Part shown: positions 24,401 through 34,270 of the stretch, piece by piece
Position numbering within the stretch: the first letter of the stretch is position 1
How the letters are laid out: the number at the start of each line of letters is the position of its first letter
Source: Octopus bimaculoides
Lineage: Eukaryota
Length of the DNA stretch: 35,464 nucleotides
Direction: 5' to 3'
Assembly (NCBI RefSeq): GCF_001194135.2
Contig: NC_068984.1
Coordinates: 41,427,398-41,462,861, forward strand
Program-made: the position numbers and the translations under genes
The notes under the pieces: model-generated
What the model saw: only the letters and a program-made list of their open reading frames with translations
What the model was told of the DNA's origin: nothing
The model's database searches: none

Positions 24401-27400
24401 CGCACAAGAGCCAGTCCAGGGGCACTGGCAACGATCTCGCTTGAAAATCCTACGAAGGAATAATACTTNNNNNNNNNNNNNNNNNNNNNNNNNNNNNNNN
24501 NNNNNNNNNNNNNNNNNNNNNNNNNNNNNNNNNNNNNNNNNNNNNNNNNNNNNNNNNNNNNNNNNNNNNNNNNNNNNNNNNNNNNNNNNNNNNNNNNNNN
24601 NNNNNNNNNNNNNNNNNNNNNNNNNNNNNNNTATGTTGACCGTGTTGTGTGACGTAAAGTCTATTAGCTCCAGAGACTTGTGCTGTTTGAGAAGCTGCTA
24701 TAATACATGAGATTTTTTTCAACTGCTCACATTGCCAGTAATGGTCTGCAAAACTGACATCTCACTTGTGGAGACGTTAAATTCATACCTTACTAGAAAA
24801 TCAAATTTGTACCGGAAGGACGTCTGTATGAATTAAACTCTTTAAATGTCATATATGCTCTTGTATTTTTATTTTTATCTCACTGGTAAATATTATTGAA
24901 CTTTGTAGTAATTAGCTTCTACCAATTTTCTCCATCATTTGGTGAGTTTTAAAATTTATGAGGCATTCACAAACATTTTAGAGAGATGAAGACTGCAGAC
25001 CCCTGTTTGTTTTACCGCAAGTCTCTTTACTGAGACCAGACTTTAAATCTTGACACCATGATTGATTCTCATCTTTCACATATATTCGGATGTTGTCTTG
25101 TTAAATTACTTTATTCTTATTTATTTATTTTTGTTATTTACTATTTACCAATAACAGCCGAATCTCCGAAATATTTCTCGTTGTAGGAAAGTGTTAATGG
25201 CTCTTGTCAAATGTTTATAGGGCTTTCCTATAAGTAGGTTATCTCCCTTGGCTAGGCGGCGCTCCATGTAGATAATTAAACTTCCGGAGGCTACCCACGC
25301 CATTGTTATTGTTTTACGTCTTATCATGGATATAAAGCAGCTTGATGATTCAGCTATCGAAGTACTTACTGTGCCTGAGTTAAAGAAATATTTAAGATNN
25401 NNNNNNNNNNNNNNNNNNNNNNNNNNNNNNNNNNNNNNNNNNNNNNNNNNNNNNNNNNNNNNNNNNNNNNNNNNNNNNNNNNNNNNNNNNNNNNNNNNNN
25501 NNNNNNNNNNNNNNNNNNNNNNNNNNNNNNNNNNNNNNNNNNNNNNNNNNNNNNNNNNNNNNNNNNNNNNNNNNNNNNNNNNNNNNNNNNNNNNNNNNNN
25601 NNNNNNNNNNNNNNNACGGATGAAAGCAAAGCAACAGTTAAGGAGTGGCATATTTTACCACGACAGACACGTACACAGCATCGAATACCACGATGTGAGT
25701 GAAAGCTGCTCACTGTATTGTCCGGTGTCTGGTAATCCCTTCGATACCGACATCAAACTAAAAAAAGAATCCTGACCACAGAGTGTGGGTAATTATGTCA
25801 AATGTCACTGGCAATGTGCATTCAGCTGATTGCAACTGTTAAAGCAAGTCACTGAGCATGCGTACATGTCATACGGGAGAGTTCCAATCAGGGGTGGATA
25901 ACACCTTATAGGAAAGCCCTATAGCGCTCAACAGTTTCATCTATTAAACATGTAGTTCTCATTTCAAGGGAGGTAACTCAGTATTAACACATGGTCTTGG
26001 CGTACGACTTCAGCTGTGTACTTTTGTTGGCAAATACCTCACTAATACAACACTGCCAACAAATTAAAAATAACTTCGTCACCCAGCAAATTACCTAACA
26101 CTTTATTGCGTTGCTAATTGCCTGTCAGAAATGTCATTAAATCACAACCATGCACAAATGAACTGCGCTCCATGCAGTCGTCATCACAGCAAGCTGATTT
26201 GGCTGGATAATTTACTTTGATATGCCTTTAATAAACATGGGATGGTTACGTCTTGAATAATTTTTTCATCTGAGGCTAAATGAAGGAAAAAGTTAAGACA
26301 CCAAACACTACAAAACTTAAAATTTTTTAACGATTAGTTTACAGATAATTTTAAAACATATTCAGAATTTAAGGTTATGTGATGTTTGTTTTATAAAACA
26401 AAAAAATTGTAATTAGCTTTTGCCTGTTGTAGTTAGTGTTGCACTCACTATTTTGCAATCTTGGTTTCGATTCCCAAAACGGGCGGTGAATTGTGTTCTT
26501 GAGAAAAGCACTGCATTTCACGTTACTCCAGTCCACCCAGCCGTGGATGAGTAAGCCTACGACGGACTGAGGTTCCGTTTAGTGGACATGTGATCTCGGT
26601 CATTTATACACAATGGAAACCGAGTAATTTGTCCTATAAATCCTAGGATTCGAGACTACCTACATTTGGTTGTTGATATCAGTTATTTATTTCAACTACA
26701 AAAGCATGATTTACTTCCCTTGGATTCTGACTCCAGTAGTATGGTGACTAACGCCAATTAGAACACTCTTTTCACGGGACATTTAAAGTTGGTTTTAAAA
26801 AGAAATAACTCTTCTTACAGATATTTCTAGCTAAATGCCTATAATCGAGCATCGTTAGGAGAAATAAGGGTAAATTTTCAGATTAACACCCGCACGATTT
26901 TCACTAGGGTGTTAGGGTTAGGGAATTCCGTCCCTAACCCTAACACCCTAATGAAAATCGTGCGGGTGTTAATCTGAAAATTTATAGAAATAAGAATATG
27001 CTGCAAGTATTTTCTTGGTACTTTTCAATACCCATTTTTCAGATAGACTTTCAAATTGTACTCCACTCTTCTAGATTTGTATCAGGACTACCTTCTTGTG
27101 AAGAGTAAATAATATACCCAAATATTGATGATGTGTGCATTGGTATTTTGAATGCTAAAATATGTTCGTGTTAAGTACCATATCCCATGACATGAAAGTA
27201 GTCTGTAAAAGTGTACTATATTTATTACTTCAAACCCATCTGGAACAACAAAACAATGAATGGAACTTCTGTCTGTTCACTTGTCCTGCTAAAATTAGCA
27301 GCCAAATCTCCATATAACACCCGACTTAGATTATAAAAATAAAGGAAAGGATGCCACATTGGATAGTGTAATATGGGGTAATCAAAACTCCATCCTCAGT

Positions 27401-30400
27401 AAATACTATGTAATTTCTGTTTTAGATCACTTACCTCAAGATTTGGAAACTTGCATCTATGTTCCCTTGCAAAGGAGAGCATTTTCTTGGATACTGTCAA
27501 CACAAGTCTTTGGCTCTCGTTTCCACCACTTACAGAATAATGAAAATAATACCTGTATTGTGATAAATCTCAACTTTTCATGTACAGCCACTAAAACTGG
27601 TTCCAAAATATCAGACACACTGAAATTAACTCTTTATTTACAAGAATAGTTGTCACCTTTAGCATCAATCAATTTTTATTTAACCTGCTAGAAATAGCAG
27701 CCAGATTTCCATAAAATCACACTCCATTATATGAAGTAAAGAATATGTTGGACAATGTAATTCATAGTATATATATTCAAAAATATATGATGGTCAACAT
27801 TGGAACATCTCTACTCAGAGGTCTGCTCTGAGAACATTTTAACTCTAGCCAATATGGTTTCCTTCAGTTCATTTAGTAATTCTATCACTCTTATTGTTCT
27901 GTGATGGGAGATTAGTTGTATTCCATTATTAATATTTCTATACCTTTCTTCTTTTGATAGCTCACAAGACTCCTGCACATTTTACATCTAATCTTAATTT
28001 AATATGTGAATTAGGCTCAAGCTAAAATTGGGGTTACTTGTTTTATTCATTTGTGAGTGTGAATTTGTGCGTATTTGTCATCATCATCAATAAATATCCA
28101 TGTTGCAGGCTGGCATGTTTTGGACGGTTTGACAAAGATTTAATGAACCAAAGACTGCATCATACTCCAGTGTCTGCTGGTTTCTATGGCTGGATACCTT
28201 TCCTAACGTCAACCACTTTACAGTGTGTACAGGGTGCTTTTTCATGCACTAGTGCTATTGAGGTCACCATGTCGCTCACAAGGCAACAATCACCTGGGAG
28301 GGAAGAGGCTGGAGTAGAGCAAGATCTTGTAGAAGAGCTTACATGACTATTCACACTTGTGAGAGAAAGTGAGAATAAAATTAGAGGTTTCTCCAAGGAG
28401 ACAGACTGCCTAGGTGGCACCTCAGGTAGCAGGAACAGCAGCTGGTGGGGGAAATGCTAGCTTCTTTTTCTGTGTACTGTTTCTTTTATTAGATGCACTT
28501 TCCATTATTTGCTAATTCACATATCTATTTCGAAAATCATTAAATTGGAAAATTTAGCTTGCCTGTGTTTTTTTTTTTTTCTATCTGACTCTCTATTCTC
28601 TACATTATTTACATTTGACGGATATTTGTCCTCCTCTTGTTTGTTGTTAACATAACACTTCGGCTGATATACCCTCCAGCCTTCATCAGGTGTCTTGGGG
28701 AAATTTCGAACCTGGGTTCTCATTCCTAAGGTATTTTTCGATGTTATTATTATTATTCAGGTAACTGCCTAGAATCGAACTCTGAATCTTGGGGTTAGTA
28801 GCTGCGCTCTTAACCACTATGCCATATGCCCATATTGGTTAAGAGTGAGGGCTACTAACCCCAAGATTCCGAGTTCGATTCCAGGCAGTGACCTGAATAA
28901 TAATAATGGTAATAACAACATCAAAAAATACCTTGGGAATGAGAACTCAGGTTTGAAATTTCCCCAAGACACCTGAAGAAGGCTGAACGGTATATCAGCC
29001 GAAACGTATTAACAACAAACAAGATGAGGACAAATATCTGTCAAATGTAAATAATGTACATAATTCCTCATCTCTTTAATATAGAACTGTATTCTCTGCT
29101 CTTTTTTGCCTTGCAGATCTGATGATGACGACGATGATGAGAATGAATTGAATCAAGATAATAATGAAAATTCTGAATCTGGAGAAAGGCAAGAGAGTAG
29201 TCAAGGGCCTTGGAGTAAACAAGGCGCACAAACACCTCCAGCTCCCTCTCCAACACCTGCACAAGGTACAGTGGAGTAATCTTCATTTAATAATCTGCAT
29301 TAACTCTTTGTTGATATTATAGAATGTATTCACAATAGTTCAGTTCTGGAAATATTTTCAAAGAACTAATATAACATGTAGGTGTGGCTGTGTGGTAAGA
29401 ATTTAGCTTCCCAACCACATGGTTCTGGGTTCACTCCCACTGTGTGGCCTGTTGGGCTGGTGTCTTCTACTACAGCATCAGGCTGACCAAAGCCTTGTGA
29501 GTGGATGTGGTTCATGAAAACTGAAAGAAGCTTGTGTGTGTGTGTGTGTATGTTTGTCCCCACCACCACTTGACAACTGGTGCCCCCATAACTTAGCAGT
29601 TCAGCAAAAGAGAACAATAGAATAATTACCAGGTTTTACTGCAGTCTAATGACTAAAACAAATAAAAGATAAAAGATGCATCTGTTAATAAATTGTCTCT
29701 TCTTTGAATTGAAATTTTTTTTTTTTTTTTTTCAATTTTTCCAGAAACTCCAGAACCAGTAGCTCCAGTAGCTCAGGAAACACCAAAATCAGTTGGACGA
29801 TATATACCACCTTCTCAACGTGGTAACAGTTCTAGTGCAGCATCAGTAACAAGAACAAGATTAGCTAAAAAAACAGCTCCGAATATTCAGAGTGAAGTTG
29901 ATTTTCCAACCCTTGGAGGCGGCGGTACTAATGACGTGTAAGGTGTTATGATTTTATTTTTCTAAAATTTTTGAAATTTAATTTTAAATATTAAATCAAG
30001 TTGATTAAATAAAGCTTTTATTTATATACTTTGGTGTGTGTATCTGAGACTCTATCCTTCCTTGAACCCTCTTTATCCAGTCACATTCAAAAGTTCAAAC
30101 TTGAACATTATAGGCGCAGGAGTGGCTGTGTGGTAAGTAGCTTGCTTACCAACCACATGGTTCCGGGTTCATTCCCACTGCGTGGCACCTTGGGCAAGTG
30201 TCTTCTACTATAGCCCCGGGCCGACCAAAGCCTTGTGAGTGGATTTGGTAGACGGAAACTGAAAGAAGCCCGTCGTATCTATGTATATATCATCATCATC
30301 GTTTAACGTCCGCTTTCCATGCTAGCATGGGTTGGACGATTTGACTGAGGACTGGTGCAACCGGATGGCTACACCAGGCTCCAATCTAATNNNNNNNNNN

Positions 30401-32500
30401 NNNNNNNNNNNNNNNNNNNNNNNNNNNNNNNNNNNNNNNNNNNNNNNNNNNNNNNNNNNNNNNNNNNNNNNNNNNNNNNNNNNNNNNNNNNNNNNNNNNN
30501 NNNNNNNNNNNNNNNNNNNNNNNNNNNNNNNNNNNNNNNNNNNNNNNNNNNNNNNNNNNNNNNNNNNNNNNNNNNNNNNNNNNNNNNNNNNNNNNNNNNN
30601 NNNNNNNNNNNNNNNNNNNNNNNNNNNNNNNNNNNNNNNNNNNNNNNNNNNNNNNNNNNNNNNNNNNNNNNNNNNNNNNNNNNNNNNNNNNNNNNNNNNN
30701 NNNNNNNNNNNNNNNNNNNNNNNNNNNNNNNNNNNNNNNNNNNNNNNNNNNNNNNNNNNNNNNNNNNNNNNNNNNNNNNNNNNNNNNNNNNNNNNNNNNN
30801 NNNNNNNNNNNNNNNNNNNNNNNNNNNNNNNNNNNNNNNNNNNNNNNNNNNNNNNNNNNNNNNNNNNNNNNNNNNNNNNNNNNNNNNNNNNNNNNNNNNN
30901 NNNNNNNNNNNNNNNNNNNNNNNNNNNNNNNNNNNNNNNNNNNNNNNNNNNNNNNNNNNNNNNNNNNNNNNTGTGTGTGTGTGTGTGTTTGTGTTTGTCT
31001 CCCCAACATCTCTTGACAACCGATGCTGGTGTCCCCGTAACTTAGCTTTCAGCAAAAAGAGACCGATAGAATAAGTACTAGGTTTCCAAAGAATAAGTCC
31101 TGGGGTCGATTTGCTCGACTAAAAGGCGGTGCTCCAGCATTGCCGCAGTCAAATGACTGAAACAAGTAAGAGAGAGTAAAGAATATTATTTGTATTAACC
31201 TTATTTAATTGTCCCTGTCTCTCAATGAGGAAGGGCATTGAAAGCCTGTGGATAAATTGTGTCAGTGAAGTTTATTGCTTACATATGCATGCTTGGTTAT
31301 TATTTAGAAAAACTCTCAACTCATTAAGTTGCAATATGTGAATCCCTCAAGATTCTCTCAGGAGTTTTGTCTTATGCAATGTTTCAGTCAGCACAACTTC
31401 CTTGTCATTGTTATGTAAGTAGCTGGCTATTCCATAAGTACATGCACACTTTATATAATCCTCAGGTAGACTTACGTTACTGTGTGTGACAAGGCTTTAC
31501 CTTCAAATTACATGTAGAATTCACTCAATAGGCTTCCTCAGTTTCTGTGTGTTATAAGAAGGCTGGATTGGCCTGAGGGGCTCTGGTAGATAACACTTGC
31601 CTAAGTTATTGCACTAAATCAAATTTTATAATAAAGTGAACTTTTTAACCTATTGTCACTACACCCATCTTGGTAATACTTAACCAAAAATTGTCAGTAA
31701 AAGTTAAGCAAAATCTCTGACCTAGCAAAAAGTGAGGTGTGCATGATTTTTTGCATTTAATTGGGAAAAAAAAATAAAATAAAATCCTCAGTCTGTAATA
31801 ATTCATGTACTGTGGATTTGTGGTTCAATATGTTGAACTGACTTTATTCCTTTGCTGATTTAAGTCACTGTACTGTAGAAATCATGAAGCACAAGTTTCT
31901 AAAGTGTAGGGAATTATAAATTCCCACTGCCCTCACTACTTATTTTATTAAACACAAAAGCACAAAAGGTGAAGCAGGCTGGAGCAGAGTTTTAACTCTG
32001 TGTGCAAAAAGGGTATAATCAAATATCTTAAGGTATTTTTGTCCACCACTTTACTAACTTAGCCATCTTCCTGCCTTTGTTAAACTCTTTTGTTAAAATT
32101 TTATATTACACAGTTTAATATTAGAAGGTAGGGGTATAGCACTTTGAGTCAAGCCCAGCACATGTCTGATGCTAATTTTATTAATCCTAGGAGAATGATA
32201 GCAATTTTATAAGATTTGTCTTTAACTTCCTCGAGTTAAAACAAGTAACTGATAACATGTACTGAAGTTGCTTCAGTCAACTACTCTCCACCCCTACACT
32301 TTGTGATTATATGCTAATACAAGAAATCTTTACCACACACAAAAGCATGTAATGATTTTTCTTATTTTGGGATTCTTTTCTTTTGCAGAGAGAAAAAATA
32401 TATAGATCGAGTTCGTAATAACAACCGCAACTATGAAGATCCATCAAATCACAGTTTACCACTGAAATTAAATAATAAATTTAAAGTTCTCGAAGACTAA
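14600..32500 (+). CDS. CDV3: CDV3 homolog, 5 coding exons, 238 aa: join(14600..14782,22346..22425,29117..29265,29745..29937,32389..32500)
   Basis: The spliced ORF is open from ATG to TAA (183+80+149+193+112=717 nt), with intron phases 0,2,1,2 all compatible. Recognisable CDV3 family motifs occur in order: MADSSLDDFFAKKDRNKKK, EWNDYEQETEKDYSGLRIQNLQI, acidic tract then SQGPW, GRYIPP, PNIQSEVDFPTL, LKLNNKFKVLED. Confidence 0.95.
17242..17970. mobile_element. Cluster of three older RTE-tail copies in -, +, - orientation
   Basis: About 17242-17510 (-), 17540-17740 (+) and 17750-17970 (-) each align by eye with the young tail consensus (catgctagcatgggttggacg, ggatgcccttcctaa). Confidence 0.8.
19945..20150 (-). 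mobile_element. Highly diverged RTE-tail copy
   Basis: tccatactggcatggttggacagcttg...caccaaccattctgcagagtatacttggtgc resembles the tail consensus. Confidence 0.55.
20388..20568. mobile_element. Short non-autonomous DNA transposon (hAT-like MITE)
   Basis: Terminal inverted match of tgctctgcaacc (20391-20402) with ggttgcggagca (20554-20565), 11/12. The right end reads CAGTG in reverse complement. Confidence 0.6.
21828..21950 (-). mobile_element. Old, deleted family A SINE copy
   Basis: gggattgagccc...catggttgggaagcaagct matches the reverse complement of the SINE head. Confidence 0.6.
22346..22425 (+). CDS. CDV3: CDV3 coding exon 2
   Basis: Acceptor ttttcataacag|; EDLEWNDYEQETEKDYSGLRIQNLQI; donor AA|GTATGC at 22426, phase 2. 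Confidence 0.95.
22560..23320 (-). mobile_element. Decayed RTE LINE ORF2 C-terminal region in CDV3 intron 2
   Basis: The minus frame FLGDLSSGGNMCFESIAARVRKGENFRELSLLLHTKGLS resembles RTE YLGD...ARVRKGW.KFREL. The downstream VEG...K.W.EVV end matches the 12639-12791 copy. Confidence 0.75.
23355..23714 (+). mobile_element. tRNA-derived SINE (family C) with Pol III A and B boxes, flanked by a 10-bp direct repeat
   Basis: A box TGGCCCAGTGG at 23368-23378; B-box-like GGTTTCGATTCCC at 23411-23423; gtgccacata at 23345-23354 and 23715-23724. Confidence 0.85.
24146..24452 (-). mobile_element. Young RTE-tail copy with (GAT)n end
   Basis: Nearly identical to the reverse complement of about 10470-10763 and to 35215-35464. 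Confidence 0.92.
25219..25920 (+). mobile_element. Internally deleted ISL2EU-like (PHIS group) DNA transposon with SAP and SWIM ORF remnant (N-gap 25399-25615)
   Basis: Perfect 16-bp TIR AGGGCTTTCCTATAAG (25219-25234 / 25905-25920), flanked by AT on both sides. The ORF starts MDIKQLDDSAIEVLTVPELKKYLR (SAP-like) and, across frameshifts, HRVWVIMSNVTGNVHSADCNC*...ACVHV (SWIM-like CxC..CxH). Confidence 0.7.
26415..26680 (+). mobile_element. Old tRNA-derived SINE with CORE-like central domain
   Basis: B-box-like ggtttcgattccc followed by tgtgttcttgagaaaagcact...ccagtccacccag. Confidence 0.5.
26871..26984. repeat. 54-bp-arm inverted repeat with 6-nt loop, containing TTAGGG repeats
   Basis: 26871-26924 and 26931-26984 are complementary at 53/54 positions. 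The loop is attccg, and the ends are TA...TA. Confidence 0.95.
27683..27835 (-). repeat. Dispersed repeat related to the 3' half of the 6455/7182 duplicated unit
   Basis: The reverse complement carries gagcagacct...gaccatc...tgtccaacatattcttt...ggctgctatttctagcaggtt, similar to 7351-7490. Confidence 0.5.
28079..28265 (-). mobile_element. Old RTE-tail copy
   Basis: (CAT)n start, then gcatgttttggacggtttgac...ggctggatacctttcctaacgtcaaccac. Confidence 0.7.
28601..29058. mobile_element. Head-to-head inverted pair of a tRNA-headed SINE carrying a hammerhead-like motif
   Basis: Arms 28601-28816 and 28836-29058, roughly 90% complementary by eye, with a 19-nt spacer. A box TGGCATAGTGG (minus, 28814-28824); B box GAGTTCGATTCC (28871-28882). 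Confidence 0.9.
28968..29012 (+). ncRNA. Minimal type I hammerhead ribozyme motif, degenerate (second copy on minus strand at 28649-28694)
   Basis: GACAC-CTGAAGA-A-GGCTGA-acggtata-TCAGCC-GAAA-CG-T-A gives core boxes, a perfect 6-bp stem II and a short palindromic stem III. The 3' strand of stem I is deleted in this copy but largely present in the minus copy. Confidence 0.6.
29117..29265 (+). CDS. CDV3: CDV3 coding exon 3
   Basis: Acceptor cttttttgccttgcag|; (K)SDDDDDDENELNQDNNENSESGERQESSQGPWSKQGAQTPPAPSPTPAQ; donor AAG|GTACAG at 29266, phase 1. Confidence 0.93.
29376..29676 (+). mobile_element. Older family A SINE occupying most of CDV3 intron 3
   Basis: Diverged match to the 30113 copy from gtggctgtgtggtaag through the aaaagataaaaga tail, with an internal deletion. 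Confidence 0.85.
29745..29937 (+). CDS. CDV3: CDV3 coding exon 4
   Basis: Long poly-T plus ccag acceptor; (E)TPEPVAPVAQETPKSVGRYIPPSQR...PNIQSEVDFPTLGGGGTND; donor GT|GTAAGG at 29938, phase 2. Confidence 0.93.
30113..31182 (+). mobile_element. Young family A SINE split by a nested antisense RTE-tail insertion at about 30290 (N-gap 30391-30971)
   Basis: SINE head at 30113-30289, then (CAT)n-cgtttaacgtccgc RTE tail, gap, and SINE 3' half at 30972-31182. Confidence 0.9.
32389..32500 (+). CDS. CDV3: CDV3 coding exon 5 with stop codon
   Basis: Acceptor ttcttttcttttgcag|; (V)EKKYIDRVRNNNRNYEDPSNHSLPLKLNNKFKVLED*, TAA at 32498-32500. Confidence 0.9.
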
Positions 32501-32501
32501 A

Positions 32502-32564
32502 AATAAATCATATTGAACTTTGCCAGGGCAGGGACTGAGCAGCTTAGTTTGTAAGTAAAATAAA
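32502..32564 (+). promoter_or_regulatory. Candidate CDV3 polyadenylation signals (AATAAA at 32502 and 32559; another at 33159)
   Basis: Exact AATAAA hexamers downstream of the stop. The background is AT-rich, so which one is used is unknown. Confidence 0.4.
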
Positions 32565-34189
32565 ATTGCTATACCAAGGAAAAATTCTGATGGACTTGAA
32601 TGAGTTTTAATGAAGTCTAAAGCTGTCTAAGTCCTCCTATCTTGGAAACCATGAGCTGCTGTTGCCTGTGATACCTTCCATACACCAGTCCTAGCATGGC
32701 AGATAGCATTATCAATTCGTGTTCTACTTGCCATTGCTGCTTCACACTGGGAATATCTTGTTGCATTCTTTTTACTTTTCTCGATCTTCTTGAGAAAGGT
32801 GTTTTTATCTCCTTAACATGCCAAAATATAGATGCACACATTTTTGTGTGCCACCTTTGAGAATTCAAGGTAACAACTGACACCCTTGAATTTATACAAA
32901 TTATGAAAATAGATTTTATTTATGATTTAGTAATATTAGCTGAATGAAATGAAATTAATAATGTTACTTTCTGAAGGTTTTTTTTTTTTTTTTTTCCAGT
33001 CAATTACTTAACAGTAAGTAAACATTTGTTATAAACAATCCCCTGACAAGTATGAACACGCACACACATACAAAAATGCAAAGGCATATAATTCACACAG
33101 AAAGTTAAGTTCTTTGTTATTATCTGAGAAACTTTGATGCAACAGTTAAAATGTATAAAATAAAGCAATAATGCTCTGAATTTTCTGGATGGTTTTTTTT
33201 TTTCATTTTCAGTATTTTATTTGTTTTTCTGGTTCACTAATATTTTAAATGTGATAGGCTGTGGGCTATTTTACACACACACAATCAGCACAGTTTCTTG
33301 CTCCTTGAATACACCTGAGAGCAAGTCTGCATGATTTGAACTCTCTTCTCCATTTTTACTCAGTGTTGAGATATTTCAGGTAACTGTTGATGATGTCCAT
33401 TTATCAAATATTTCTTTGTATGTCCTCAATTATGTGCGGCAAGTATTTGAAGATGGTTTCTTCATTCTGGCAACACCGGAATGAAATATGTTAAGCAGAT
33501 TGATTCCAATTCCCACATTGTTATAGCATTACAATGGTGTTTCACCAGGTAAATTCTAGAATTGCACCAATTGATGATTGCATCAACAATAATTAGTCCA
33601 TAGAGTTTAGTAAGTTCAGTTGCTGTGAAGAGTGAACAATAAATCCATCTAGGAGTGAGAAGATATAGACTGAGTATCGCTTGGATTATGGGTGAGTGTA
33701 AGTCTGAGGTAGAAGAAAAAACTAGAACTGAGTGGAAGGCTAGAAATAGCCAATGCTTCAAATCAGGCACTGGGAAAAGACAAGTGTCTCAAAAGGTGGG
33801 GCAGTGTGTAGAGGGAGCAGAGGATAAAGTGCAGCTGCACATGGAAAACTATTTAGATTGGCTAAATTATTTAGCTAGTGACAGTGGTAAGCATTCAAAA
33901 TGCTCATATTTATAGGTACACATACATATGTACAAACCCATTTGCATATCAGTTAATAAGCCCTCTATTTGTTTCAAAAAGGAGTATTCCAGTTTGATGA
34001 TCTAAACAACTGACTCATATGATTAATATCAATGTTGCTGAATATTCCACAGATGTGTGTACTGTTAATGTAATCCTCAGAGCAAAATAGTGAAGAGTAA
34101 ATGAGACTGCTAGTATGACAGTGACAATCATTTTACAACAGTTGGGATGTCAAAACAGTGGCACAAGCATGGATACATGGCAGGCTTGG

Positions 34190-34270
34190 ATACAGGGTGC
34201 CATGCAGTAGGATTGAACCCAGAACCATGTGGCAGGTAAGCAAACCTTTTACTACACAGCCATACCTGTG
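34190..34270 (-). mobile_element. Family A SINE head fragment
   Basis: gggtgccatgcagtaggattgaacccagaaccatgtgg...tacacagccatacctg is the reverse complement of the SINE 5' end. Confidence 0.75.

Noticed and set aside
26905-26950. Interstitial telomere or chromosome-healing scar
   Set aside because: Only 2-3 units, embedded symmetrically in a foldback element.
29118-29141. CDV3 poly-Asp tract derived from an RTE (GAT)n tail
   Set aside because: Mixed GAT/GAC codons, no adjacent RTE sequence, and an acidic tract here is normal for CDV3.
30332-31074. Long ORFs of 207-239 aa (also those at 12155, 24219, 24450 and 25145)
   Set aside because: They are open only because they cross N-gaps or lie in repeats.
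33400-33915. ORFs 33462-33770 (-) and 33655-33915 (+)
   Set aside because: No recognisable domain; possibly another decayed retroelement, but the motifs are too weak to call.
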